NCBI GenBank assembly: GCA_009993605.1 | Contig: JAACTB010000007.1 | Location: 771,333-835,332 of the forward strand | Reading direction: 5' to 3' | Length of the DNA stretch: 64,000 nucleotides | Origin: Erythrobacter sp. | Lineage (GTDB): Bacteria > Pseudomonadota > Alphaproteobacteria > Sphingomonadales > Sphingomonadaceae | Part shown: in pieces, positions 20,524-27,589 of the stretch | How the letters are laid out: every line of letters starts with the position of its first letter | Numbering within the stretch: the first letter of the stretch is position 1 | Position numbers and translations under genes: made by a program | Notes under the pieces: generated by a model | Told to the model about the DNA's origin: nothing | The model's input: only the letters and a program-made list of their open reading frames with translations | The model's database searches: none

Positions 20524-21770
20524 GCCTGGTCGAGATCAATTTCGACGGGATCGTCGGCCCGTCGCACAATTACGCCGGGCTCAGCCTCGGCAATATCGCC
20601 AGCGCCAGTCACAAGGGCGACGCGAGCTTTCCGCGCGCCGCCGCTCTCCAGGGCATCGCGAAGATGCGCGGGAATATGGAGCGCGGTCTGGCGCAGGGCT
20701 TCCTGCTGCCGCTGCCGCGCCCGAATTACGGATTGCTGCGCGATCTGGGCGCCGATGGGAATTTGGACGGCCCGCTGCTCGCCGCCGCCTGGTCGGCGTC
20801 CAGCATGTGGACCGCCAACGCCGCCACGGTCAGCCCGGCGCCCGATACCGGGGATGGCCTTTGCCATCTGACCCCCGCCAATCTCATCACCATGCTGCAT
20901 CGCGGGCAGGAATGGCGCGACACCAAGCGCCAGCTCGACCTCGCCTTTGCCGATCCGCGCCATTTCAAGGTCCATGATGCGGTTCCGGCCAGCTTCGGTG
21001 ACGAAGGCGCGGCCAACCACATGCGCTTTTGCGAAGGCCACGGATCGCCCGGCGTCGAAGTGTTCGTCTGGGGCCGCCAGGGCGGTAAATTCCCCGCGCG
21101 CCAGCACGAACAGGCCAGCCGCGCAGTGGCGCGGTTGCACCAGCTCGACCCGGATGCCTGCGTCTTCATCGAACAGAACCCCGAAGCGATCGCGGCAGGC
21201 GCCTTCCACAACGATGTGGTCGCGGTCGCCAACGAGCGCGTTCTGTTCACCCACGCCCGCGCCTTCGCGGACCAGCAGGGCGCCTATGCGGCGATCTGCG
21301 CCGCCTTCCCCGCGCTGGAAGTTGTGGAGGTTCCCGAGGATGCGGTAAGCCTCGAAGAAGCGATCCGCACCTATCTCTTCAACGCGCAGCTCCTCACTCT
21401 CCCCTCGGGCGAAATGGCCCTGGTCGTGCCGAGCGAATGCCAGGAAAGCCCGTCGGTCCGGTCGTGGTGCGAAAAGATGCTGGCGAGCAACGGTCCGATC
21501 CGCCAGGTCATCCCCGTCGATGTGCGGCAGTCCATGGCCAATGGCGGCGGCCCCGCCTGCCTCCGGCTGCGCGTGGTGACCGATCCCGCGACGGTGGATG
21601 CCCGCTTCCTGCTCGACGAGGCGAAGGCGACGCGGATCGAGGCGGTGGTGGCAGAGATGTGGCCCGAACGGATCGAACCGTCCGAGATCGGGAGCGAGAC
21701 GCTCGCCGAGCGGGTCATGGATGCGCGCGAGGCCCTGCTCGGCGTGCTGGCGCTCGACGAATTGCTGTGA
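20520..21770 (+). CDS. astB: N-succinylarginine dihydrolase
   Basis: EINFDGIVGPSHNYAGLS.GN.AS, SASSMWTANAATV, GDEGAANH, FHNDV, SMANGGGPACLRLRV. Confidence 0.96.
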   Translation: MSLVEINFDGIVGPSHNYAGLSLGNIASASHKGDASFPRAAALQGIAKMRGNMERGLAQGFLLPLPRPNYGLLRDLGADGNLDGPLLAAAWSASSMWTANAATVSPAPDTGDGLCHLTPANLITMLHRGQEWRDTKRQLDLAFADPRHFKVHDAVPASFGDEGAANHMRFCEGHGSPGVEVFVWGRQGGKFPARQHEQASRAVARLHQLDPDACVFIEQNPEAIAAGAFHNDVVAVANERVLFTHARAFADQQGAYAAICAAFPALEVVEVPEDAVSLEEAIRTYLFNAQLLTLPSGEMALVVPSECQESPSVRSWCEKMLASNGPIRQVIPVDVRQSMANGGGPACLRLRVVTDPATVDARFLLDEAKATRIEAVVAEMWPERIEPSEIGSETLAERVMDAREALLGVLALDELL

Positions 21771-21854
21771 TCGGAGGCGATGCCATCCCGCTAGTGTCGG
21801 AAAGGTTTACAACCGCTCCTTCGTTAACCATGACAAGCCGCAGAAACCCTGGTC

Positions 21855-21870
21855 TGGCACGGCTCTTGCT
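21855..21870 (+). promoter_or_regulatory. Sigma54 (-24/-12) promoter
   Basis: TGGCACGGCTCTTGCT matches consensus TGGCACG-N4-TTGC(A/T); intergenic and upstream of a small CDS. Confidence 0.7.
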
Positions 21871-21903
21871 GCCATAATGGTTAAGAAAGGATCGCGTCCT
21901 CAA

Positions 21904-22146
21904 GTGCTGCAAAAGATCAAGCGTCTCTTCGTGATCAAGAACCGCTTCGAAGCGTATCTGATCATCTTCGCGCTCGCTCTGGGCGCGATGACGCGTGGGG
22001 CCCACTATACCGAGATCTATCCCGGCCCTATGGGATACGTCCTGATGGCGGCCACCGCAGGCGCGGTGTTTCTCGGTGGGGCGAAGATCCTCGATTGCCT
22101 GCGCTACGAGCGCGAAGCGAAGGCGGCGGAAATTTCGGAAAATTAA
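21904..22146 (+). CDS. Small membrane protein (80 aa, two hydrophobic segments)
   Basis: MLQKIKRLFVIKNRFEAYLIIFALALGA...GAVFLGGAKILD; GTG start with AAAGGA at 21886-21891; in-frame ATG at 21877 is an alternative. Confidence 0.75.
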   Translation: MLQKIKRLFVIKNRFEAYLIIFALALGAMTRGAHYTEIYPGPMGYVLMAATAGAVFLGGAKILDCLRYEREAKAAEISEN

Positions 22147-22148
22147 GT

Positions 22149-22265
22149 GGGGTTTCTGTTGCTAGCTACCCGTGTTTTTCTCTCGGGGGGGCGAGGACCG
22201 TTCCGCTCTTGGAAGAGCGGGTCTCTCAAGCTAGCGAAGGTGGGGGTTTCTGTTGCTAGCTACCC
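22149..22265. repeat. 23-bp exact direct repeat (22149-22171 and 22243-22265)
   Basis: GGGGTTTCTGTTGCTAGCTACCC occurs twice, read directly. Confidence 0.9.
22203..22220. terminator. Hairpin downstream of tmRNA, between convergent units
   Basis: CCGCTCT-TGGA-AGAGCGG; no strong U tract. Confidence 0.4.
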
Positions 22266-22590
22266 CCGGAGCCCCGGAATCCGCTTCTGTTGCCCGGTGG
22301 GTCCAACCGCGCTTTAGCTTTGTAAGATCAGGGCGTTAGCCCATCAGATTACGCAGCGAGAGCGAGTGCTTCGTTATCGTTGGCACTTGTGTGTTGCGAA
22401 CAGTTTTACGGGTTACTCAGCCCGGGCGAAAATACCGTCTTTCAGCACACGTCGATCCTAGTTCGGCCCCGTCATTACCTGCGAAAATCCGCAGGTTATG
22501 GTGGAGCCGCCGGGTACTGCCCCCGGGTCCGTTGTACCTATTGCACGGCACCATTTATCGCCATAGTCGGTAGAGACCGACAGACCCCAT
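22228..22590 (-). ncRNA. ssrA: Two-piece (circularly permuted) tmRNA gene
   Basis: Minus strand: acceptor piece ending GGACCCGGGGGCAGTACCCGGCGGCTCCACCA (CCA ends at 22499); 28-nt intervening hairpin 22471-22498; coding piece starts GGGGCCGA at 22470; tag ORF 22384-22349 encodes ANDNEALALAA-stop. Outer boundaries approximate. Confidence 0.95.
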
Positions 22591-22605
22591 ATAGGCGCTT
22601 TCGCC

Positions 22606-23097
22606 TTAATGTGAAGTGGATGAAGGACCGGATTTGCCGTCCTTCAGCTCCGCCAGGATCTTCTTCAGCACGTCCAGCTGGGGATCGGTCGGAACCTCCG
22701 GATTGGTCGAGCTATCTTCGGTTTCCGCCTGTTTGCGCTGGATTTCCTCGGTCACCTTGTTGACGCTGCGGACCAGCATGAACAGCGCGAAGGCGACGAT
22801 CAGGAAATTGATCATCGCGGTTATCAGCGCGCCGTAGCCGATCATGGCCACGCCCGCTTCCTTCAGCTGCTCGTAATTGTCGAGCGCGCCCTCGTACCCC
22901 TCGGGCACCTCGCCCAGCATCAGGAACCAGTTCGAGAAATCGATATCGCCGAAGATCCATCCGATCAGCGGCATCAGGACCGCTTCGGTCAGTTGCGTGA
23001 CGATACCGCTGAACGCCGCGCCGATCACGACGCCGACCGCAAGATCGATCACATTGCCGCGCGCGATGAATTTCCTGAATTCGGTTCCCAGTGCCAT
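22606..23097 (-). CDS. mscL: Large-conductance mechanosensitive channel
   Basis: EFRKFIARGNVIDLAVGVVIGAAF, YGALITAMINFLIVAF, LLxEI-like tail (VLKKILAEL). Confidence 0.95.
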   Translation of the reverse strand: MALGTEFRKFIARGNVIDLAVGVVIGAAFSGIVTQLTEAVLMPLIGWIFGDIDFSNWFLMLGEVPEGYEGALDNYEQLKEAGVAMIGYGALITAMINFLIVAFALFMLVRSVNKVTEEIQRKQAETEDSSTNPEVPTDPQLDVLKKILAELKDGKSGPSSTSH

Positions 23098-23241
23098 GCT
23101 TATCCTCCGTTGGACTGACCCGCGATCCATCTGCCCGCTCGAATGCTCGCGATCAAGCGGGGGAATCCCGTCGATCGCGCTTGAATGGGCGGGCGGGTGT
23201 GCTAACTTCCCAAGACACTCATTCAGGAGACCGACGACACC

Positions 23242-23892
23242 ATGAACCGCACTGCCATCTTTCGCACCGCAATCGTAGCGATGGCCGCGCTCGCGCTGTC
23301 GGCTTGCGGGATCAATTCGGTCCCGACCAAGGAAGAAGCGGCAAAGGCACAATGGGGCAATGTCGAAACCGCCTTGCAGCGGCGTTCGGACGTGATCCCC
23401 AATCTCGTCTCGGTCGTCCAGGCCGCGGCGATCTCCGAACAGAACATCCTGCAAGGGGTTGTCGACGCCCGCGCGCGGGCGACCTCGATCAACATCACGA
23501 CCGACGATTTGTCGAACCCCGAGGAATTCCAGCGCTTCAACGAGGCGCAGAACCAGCTGACGCAGGCGCTGGGACAACTGCGCACCGTGGTCGAAAACTA
23601 TCCGCAGCTCGCCAGCCAGCCGCGCTTCGGCGACCTGATGGTCGCGATCGACGAGGCGAACAACCTGATCAACACCGAACGCGTGCGCTACAACGAGGCG
23701 GCGCGCGACTATAACACGGAGATCCGCACCTTCCCCTCCACCATCGGGGCGAACATCATCCATGGCGCCGAACCACTGGAATATTTCGAAGCCGACGCCG
23801 CGAGCCGCGCCAATCCCGAAGTCGACATGAGCGGCATCACCGGTAACGGCGGAGCTGCTGGACAGACCGCCGGAACGACAGGAGCGAACTGA
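23242..23892 (+). CDS. lemA: LemA family lipoprotein
   Basis: Lipobox LSAC, GINS, LQRR.D.IPNLV, VENYPQL, RYNEA...YN..IR.FP. Confidence 0.92.
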   Translation: MNRTAIFRTAIVAMAALALSACGINSVPTKEEAAKAQWGNVETALQRRSDVIPNLVSVVQAAAISEQNILQGVVDARARATSINITTDDLSNPEEFQRFNEAQNQLTQALGQLRTVVENYPQLASQPRFGDLMVAIDEANNLINTERVRYNEAARDYNTEIRTFPSTIGANIIHGAEPLEYFEADAASRANPEVDMSGITGNGGAAGQTAGTTGAN

Positions 23893-23900
23893 GCGGCGCC

Positions 23901-24764
23901 ATGATGCGCCTGTTCCTGACCTGCTGGCTGCTGCTGGCAAGCATTTGCGCCGCGCCCGCCTGGGCCCAGGCCGACCTGCCGCCGCGCCCGGACGGGCCGG
24001 TCTATGACGGCGCCGACATGCTGTCGGCGCAGACCGAGGCCGCGCTCGACCAGCGGCTTCGCGCCTACAACCAGGAAACAGGTCGCGCGATCGTGGTGGC
24101 GACCGTGCCCTCGCTCGGGGGCGAGACGATCGAGCCCTACGCGACGCGCCTGTTTGAAACCTGGGGCATTGGCGGCGAACAGCGCGATACCGGCCTGCTT
24201 TTGCTCGTCGCGCGCGACGATCGGCGAATGCGGATCGAGGTCGGCTACGGGCTCCATCCCTATTTCGGCGGCATCATGGCTGGACGGGTCGTCAACGATG
24301 TCATCACGCCGCGCTTCAAGGCGGGGGATTTCGATGGCGGAGTGACCCAAGGCGTCGACGCCATTCTCGATCACCTGGCGAACAGCCCCGAAGATGCCGT
24401 CGCGATCGAGGAAGCGCAGCAGGCGGCGGAACAGGCGCGGCAGTCGCGCGATGGCGGATTTCCTATCGGCGCGGTGATCTGGATCGCGTTCATCCTGTTC
24501 TTCTTCATCCTGCCGATGCTGCGCGGACGCGGGCGCAAGCGGCGCTTCGGCGGCGGCAGGCGCGGTCGCGCCGGTCCGTGGGGCAATGCCGCGCGCGACA
24601 TCATCCTGTGGGAAGCGGGCAAGGCGATCGCACGCGGGCTTTCGGACGGAGACGACTGGGGCGGAGGTGGCGGCTTCGGGGGCGGCGGCTTCGGTGGCGG
24701 AGGCGGCTTCGGCGGCTTTGGTGGCGGCATGTCCGGTGGCGGCGGCGCGTCGGGAGGCTGGTAG
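23901..24764 (+). CDS. TPM-domain protein with Gly-rich tail
   Basis: V.D.ADML, IVVATV.SL.G..IE.YA..LF..WGIG, RIEVGYGL; ends GGGMSGGGGASGGW. Confidence 0.9.
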   Translation: MMRLFLTCWLLLASICAAPAWAQADLPPRPDGPVYDGADMLSAQTEAALDQRLRAYNQETGRAIVVATVPSLGGETIEPYATRLFETWGIGGEQRDTGLLLLVARDDRRMRIEVGYGLHPYFGGIMAGRVVNDVITPRFKAGDFDGGVTQGVDAILDHLANSPEDAVAIEEAQQAAEQARQSRDGGFPIGAVIWIAFILFFFILPMLRGRGRKRRFGGGRRGRAGPWGNAARDIILWEAGKAIARGLSDGDDWGGGGGFGGGGFGGGGGFGGFGGGMSGGGGASGGW

Positions 24765-25439
24765 ATGGCGTATCTCTCCGAAACCCAGCACCGGCTGGTC
24801 TCCGACGCGGTCGGCGAGGCCGAGCGGAACACCAGCGGCGAAATCGTCACCGTGCTGGCCGATCGCAGCGACGGCTATTCCGATGTCGTGCTGGTCTATG
24901 CGGCGGGGATGGCGTTCACCGCGATGAGCGTCTTCGCCGCGCTGCCGCGCCCCTTTCTCGATCTGTGGGATGCGCTTGTCGGCGGGTGGGGGCACGATTG
25001 GTCCACGGGCGAGCTTGCCAGCATGACGATCGCGCTCGGCCTGGTGGCGTTCGCGGCAAGCTGGGTGGCGCTGAGTTTCGACGCGCTGCGCTTCGCGCTC
25101 GTACCCAAACCGGTCAAGGCGGCGCGCGCCCGCGATGCCGCTGTCCGCCATTTCAAGGTCGGCGCGGAAAGCCGCACCCACGGGCGCACCGGCGTCCTTC
25201 TCTATCTTTCCATGCGCGAACACCGTGCGGAGATCGTCGCCGATGCGACCATTGCCTCGCAAGTTCCCGCGGAGGTCTGGGGTGAGGCGATGGCCGACAT
25301 GCTGGGCGAAATCCGCGAAGGGCGCGTGGCCGAAGGGCTGGCGGCAGGCATCCGCGATGTCGGCGTGGTCTTGGCGGAACGCTTCCCGCGCGACGCGGAG
25401 GACACCAACGAACTACCTGACAGGCTGATCGAGGTATGA
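24765..25439 (+). CDS. TPM-domain membrane protein (second type)
   Basis: V..AE.NTSGEIV, T.GRTGVLLY.S..E..AEIVAD, NELPD. Confidence 0.88.
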   Translation: MAYLSETQHRLVSDAVGEAERNTSGEIVTVLADRSDGYSDVVLVYAAGMAFTAMSVFAALPRPFLDLWDALVGGWGHDWSTGELASMTIALGLVAFAASWVALSFDALRFALVPKPVKAARARDAAVRHFKVGAESRTHGRTGVLLYLSMREHRAEIVADATIASQVPAEVWGEAMADMLGEIREGRVAEGLAAGIRDVGVVLAERFPRDAEDTNELPDRLIEV

Positions 25440-25975
25440 CGCCCGACCAGGACGCGCCCGAACGGATCGAATGGCAGGGCAAATACATCACCGCCAAGAC
25501 CCGCGGGCGCTGGGAATATGTCGGGCGCGCTCGCAATATCCGGGCCGCGGTGATCCTGCCGCTGATCGGAAACGACGTGATCCTGGTCGAACAATATCGC
25601 GTGCCCCTCGGCCGCAATTGCATCGAACTGCCCGCCGGCCTGATCGGAGACGAGGACGGCAAGGCCGACGAGGATGACCTGTCCGCCGCAGGGCGCGAGC
25701 TGGAGGAGGAGACCGGCTATCGCGCAGCGAAACTCGAAGAGATCGGCCAGTTCTTCTCATCGCCCGGCATGGTCAGCGAAAGCTTCACGCTCGTCCGCGC
25801 CACCGAGCTGGAACGGGTTGGCGAAGGCGGCGGGACGCCGAGCGAAGACATCGCCGTCCACCGCGTCGCGCGGGCGGGCCTGAAGGAATTTCTCGACCGG
25901 AAACGCGCCGAAGGTTGCGGCGTCGACGTGCGCCTGCTCTTGCTTCTGGGACAGGACATAATCGCAGGAGAGTAA
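25436..25975 (+). CDS. NUDIX hydrolase (ADP-ribose pyrophosphatase-like)
   Basis: VEQYRVP, IELPAGLI, Nudix box with A.RELEEETGY, SSPG. Confidence 0.9.
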   Translation: MTPDQDAPERIEWQGKYITAKTRGRWEYVGRARNIRAAVILPLIGNDVILVEQYRVPLGRNCIELPAGLIGDEDGKADEDDLSAAGRELEEETGYRAAKLEEIGQFFSSPGMVSESFTLVRATELERVGEGGGTPSEDIAVHRVARAGLKEFLDRKRAEGCGVDVRLLLLLGQDIIAGE

Positions 25976-25977
25976 AG

Positions 25978-26772
25978 GTGGCGGAAGCGAAAAACGGCAG
26001 GTGCGCGGGCAAGCTGGCGCTGGTGACGGGCGCGGCGCAGGGTCTGGGGCGCGCCCATGCGACGCGGCTGGCCGAAGAAGGCGCGCGCGTCCTCTGCACC
26101 GATCGCAATGGCGAAGGCGCGGAAGAAACCGCGCGGCTGATCGACGAGAAGCTGGGCAGCGGCACGGCCTTCGCCTGCGCGCACGACGTCACCGATATCG
26201 ACGCATGGGCCAATGCCGTCGAACTGGCGCGCGACAAGATGGGCGGGTTGAACGTGCTGGTGAACAATGCCGGGATCGGCGTTGGCGGCAATATCGAGAC
26301 CTGCGATTTCGACGACTGGAAGCGCTGTTTTTCGGTCAATGTCGATTCGATCTTCCACGGCTGTCGCGCGGCGTTGCCGCTGATGCGCGAGCATGCGCCG
26401 GGCTCGATCGTCAACATCTCCAGCATCGCCGGGCTGATCGCCAGCGATACGATGCCCGCCTATAATTCGTCTAAGGCGGCGGTGTGGATGCTGTCGAAGT
26501 CGATCGCGCTCCACTGTGCCAAGAACCGGATGGATATCCGCTGCAATTCGATCCACCCCACCTTCGTGGATACGCCGATCCTCGACGGGACGGCCAAGAA
26601 CCACAATCTGGACAAGGATGTGCTGCTGGAAAAGCTCGCGCGGCAAATTCCGCTCAGGAAAGTCGGCGAGCCAAACGATATTGCCGATGCGGTGGTCTAT
26701 CTCGCCAGCGACGAGAGCAAGTTCATGACCGGGGCCGAGCTGAAGCTCGACGGCGGTATTTCGGCGATGTAA
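25978..26772 (+). CDS. Classical SDR oxidoreductase
   Basis: TGAAQGLG, LVNNAGI, SIVNISS, YNSSK, IRCNSIHP; GTG start with AGGAG RBS. Confidence 0.92.
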   Translation: MAEAKNGRCAGKLALVTGAAQGLGRAHATRLAEEGARVLCTDRNGEGAEETARLIDEKLGSGTAFACAHDVTDIDAWANAVELARDKMGGLNVLVNNAGIGVGGNIETCDFDDWKRCFSVNVDSIFHGCRAALPLMREHAPGSIVNISSIAGLIASDTMPAYNSSKAAVWMLSKSIALHCAKNRMDIRCNSIHPTFVDTPILDGTAKNHNLDKDVLLEKLARQIPLRKVGEPNDIADAVVYLASDESKFMTGAELKLDGGISAM

Positions 26773-26785
26773 TTTTCTTCTCTCG

Positions 26786-26900
26786 CGGCGGATCGCTTCG
26801 CGATCGCCTCCGAGGGGGCGGCCTGACGGTCGACGCGCAGTCGCGCTTGCGGGCCGTTCCGGCCCGTTTGGCGAGGGGAGGAGAGCAAACTCCCCTCCCC
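26786..26900. repeat. Intergenic multi-hairpin element plus terminator-like stem
   Basis: Stems GGCGGATCGC-TTC-GCGATCGCC, CGGGCC-GTTCC-GGCCCG and GAGGGGAG-N9-CTCCCCTC between convergent genes. Confidence 0.45.
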
Positions 26901-27117
26901 TCAATCCGCGATCAGGCCGATCGCGAGGTAGATCAGCAGGAAACTGCCGAAGCCGAGCAGCGTGCCGAGCACGAAACCGACCCGCACCAGCGTCACGTCG
27001 ATCCCGAAATGGCGGGAGATGCCGCTGCAGACGCCCATGATCTTGCGGTTCTGGCGGTCGAGCGCGAAGCCCTTGCTTGGGGGTGCCGCCGACGGATGAA
27101 GTGCGAAGGTCGTTCAT
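26901..27117 (-). pseudogene. PspC-domain membrane protein with a 1-nt frame disruption (pseudogene, programmed recoding or sequence error)
   Basis: One frame gives GFALDRQNRKIMGVCSGISRHFGIDVTLVRVGFVLGTLLGFGSFLLIYLAIGLIAD-stop (PspC pattern R...K..GVC.G...FGID..LVR). ATG 27117 to the stop is 217 nt (72 codons + 1). Confidence 0.7.
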
Positions 27118-27227
27118 GCCAGCATTCCGTTCGGCGAGGCGGGGATGATTGCGGTGGCGAAGAACACGGCCGAGATGGCCAGCGAGAAGGCGGCTGCGAA
27201 CAGCTTGCTGCCGTCGAAGTCGAACAT
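27114..27227 (-). CDS. 37-aa hydrophobic peptide B (MFDFDGSKLFAAAFSLAISAVFFATAIIPASPNGMLA)
   Basis: ATG with AAAGGAG RBS; ATGA overlap with the PspC start; paralog of peptide A. Confidence 0.8.
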   Translation of the reverse strand: MFDFDGSKLFAAAFSLAISAVFFATAIIPASPNGMLA

Positions 27228-27251
27228 TGGAAACTCCTTTCGTGGGATGGG

Positions 27252-27365
27252 TCAGGCGATGAGGACGGAGGGGCTGGCGGGCACGATCGCGGCGGCCATG
27301 CAGAGCGCCGAGATGGCGAAAGCGGCGATGGCGGCGAAGGCGTTGTTGGCTTTGAAAAGAGACAT
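27252..27365 (-). CDS. 37-aa hydrophobic peptide A (MSLFKANNAFAAIAAFAISALCMAAAIVPASPSVLIA)
   Basis: ATG with AAAGGA RBS; GC3-rich codons; same length as peptide B, 17/37 identical without gaps. Confidence 0.8.
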   Translation of the reverse strand: MSLFKANNAFAAIAAFAISALCMAAAIVPASPSVLIA

Positions 27366-27418
27366 GATCAGTTTCCTTTTTCCCTGAACCCGGCCTTTCC
27401 GGGTGACGAAGAAATGAT

Positions 27419-27434
27419 TGCAACCGCCGTGCCA
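27419..27434 (-). promoter_or_regulatory. Sigma54 (-24/-12) promoter for the peptide A-peptide B-pspC unit
   Basis: Minus strand TGGCACGGCGGTTGCA is a full consensus match, about 54 nt upstream of the peptide A ATG. Confidence 0.78.
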
Positions 27435-27445
27435 AACGCGAGGAT

Positions 27446-27526
27446 TGGCGGAATTCCGCCATTCGACTAGCCCACGATGCTGACAGCTTTGTTCATCAAT
27501 CCGAAAGGTTGGGAATTTTCGCCATT
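27446..27526. promoter_or_regulatory. Candidate activator sites: perfect palindrome and related distal site
   Basis: TGGCGGAATTCCGCCA (27446-27461); the half-site T[CT]CGCCATT recurs 63 bp away in TGGGAATTTTCGCCATT (27510-27526). Confidence 0.45.
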
Positions 27527-27589
27527 TCTTGGATAGCGCCCTATTCAGGTGGATAGGATCGCGCGCACGAGCTATTGCCCGGACCGTCC

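Noticed and set aside
22147-22265. Possible mini-CRISPR (two repeats)
   Set aside because: Only two copies, 71-bp spacer, no cas genes, and the repeat is tmRNA sequence
22499-22530. tRNA-like 3' end (T-arm plus CCA)
   Set aside because: It is the tmRNA acceptor piece; no anticodon arm
22380-22763. 127-aa ORF in apparently empty DNA
   Set aside because: Lies antisense to tmRNA and the mscL 3' end
24658-24760. GGC-rich DNA repeat
   Set aside because: Encodes the ordinary Gly-rich tail of TPM proteins
25717-27462. 581-aa minus ORF spanning the SDR gene and peptides
   Set aside because: Arg/Pro-rich off-frame read with no motifs; the region is better explained by the SDR gene, two peptides and pspC
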